Below, piece by piece: positions 63,799-64,000 of a stretch of DNA of 64,000 nucleotides; within the stretch, counting starts at the first letter, position 1; each line of letters starts with the position of its first letter. This DNA comes from a virus. Its lineage: Duplodnaviria; Caudoviricetes. The stretch is from the IMG/VR virus record IMGVR_UViG_3300050343_000089, positions 1,679-65,678 of that record; one strand, written 5' to 3'. Under the pieces are notes generated by a model. It had not been told where the DNA came from. It made no database searches and worked only from the letters and a program-made list of their open reading frames with translations. The position numbers were made by a program, and so were the translations under genes.

Positions 63799-64000
63799 TA
63801 GATAATAGCAAATTATTTTTAATAAATATTTATTTCTTTTTTAATACCTTTATAAGCTGTACTTATAATACAAACACTATCATTTTCTTGTCATTCCCTT
63901 GATTTTTTCGCGTTGTTTCTTCTTGTCCTCTGAATCCCTTTGTTTATAGGCTTCTGACAGCTTAGGTTCTTCTGACCCAATGGGTACGCAGGTTGCAGCA

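Larger units (their letters stand above)
30080..63990 (+). mobile_element. Phage genome copy B (about 33.9 kb, cos to cos), a mosaic relative of copy A
   Basis: Same gene order as A; sequence near 29970-30087 recurs near 63880-63996; replication genes near identical, tail fibres and early genes differ. Confidence 0.9.

Noticed and set aside
1-64000. Integrated prophage, tRNA, rRNA or auxiliary metabolic genes; alternative genetic code
   Set aside because: No host genes, att sites, integrase or RNA genes recognised; long genes read through with the standard code

Overview
The window is entirely phage DNA. It holds two head-to-tail copies of closely related but non-identical AT-rich, lambda-like siphovirus genomes of about 33.5-33.9 kb. 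Genome A runs from inside the portal gene (1) to a cos-like site near 30080, and genome B is essentially complete, from about 30080 to about 63990. Gene order: Nu1/gpA terminase, gpW-like head completion, lambda portal, fused protease-scaffold-capsid, head-tail and tail genes, tape measure, long repetitive tail fibres with S74 chaperones, holin and lysozyme, a free-standing PD-(D/E)XK endonuclease, a rightward replication/recombination operon, a displaced gpZ-like gene and two leftward operons of tiny early genes. I recognise no integrase, cI-type repressor, Gam or reverse transcriptase. Many single-base frameshifts and several garbled junctions point to an error-prone long-read or mixed-strain consensus, so pseudogene calls and the tandem structure need read-level checks. 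The most unusual signals are: (1) a strand-polarised GGCAAAT motif that becomes denser and forms tandem arrays towards the right genome end and marks gene-swap boundaries (Chi-like hypothesis); (2) early operons built as exchangeable mini-gene cassettes joined by a fixed AAGGAGCAAGACTAATG junction; (3) a 20-bp palindrome in the spacer of the leftward early promoters, plus a LexA-type SOS box in genome B; (4) an Ocr-like acidic protein; (5) tail fibres shuffled at nucleotide-conserved linkers.
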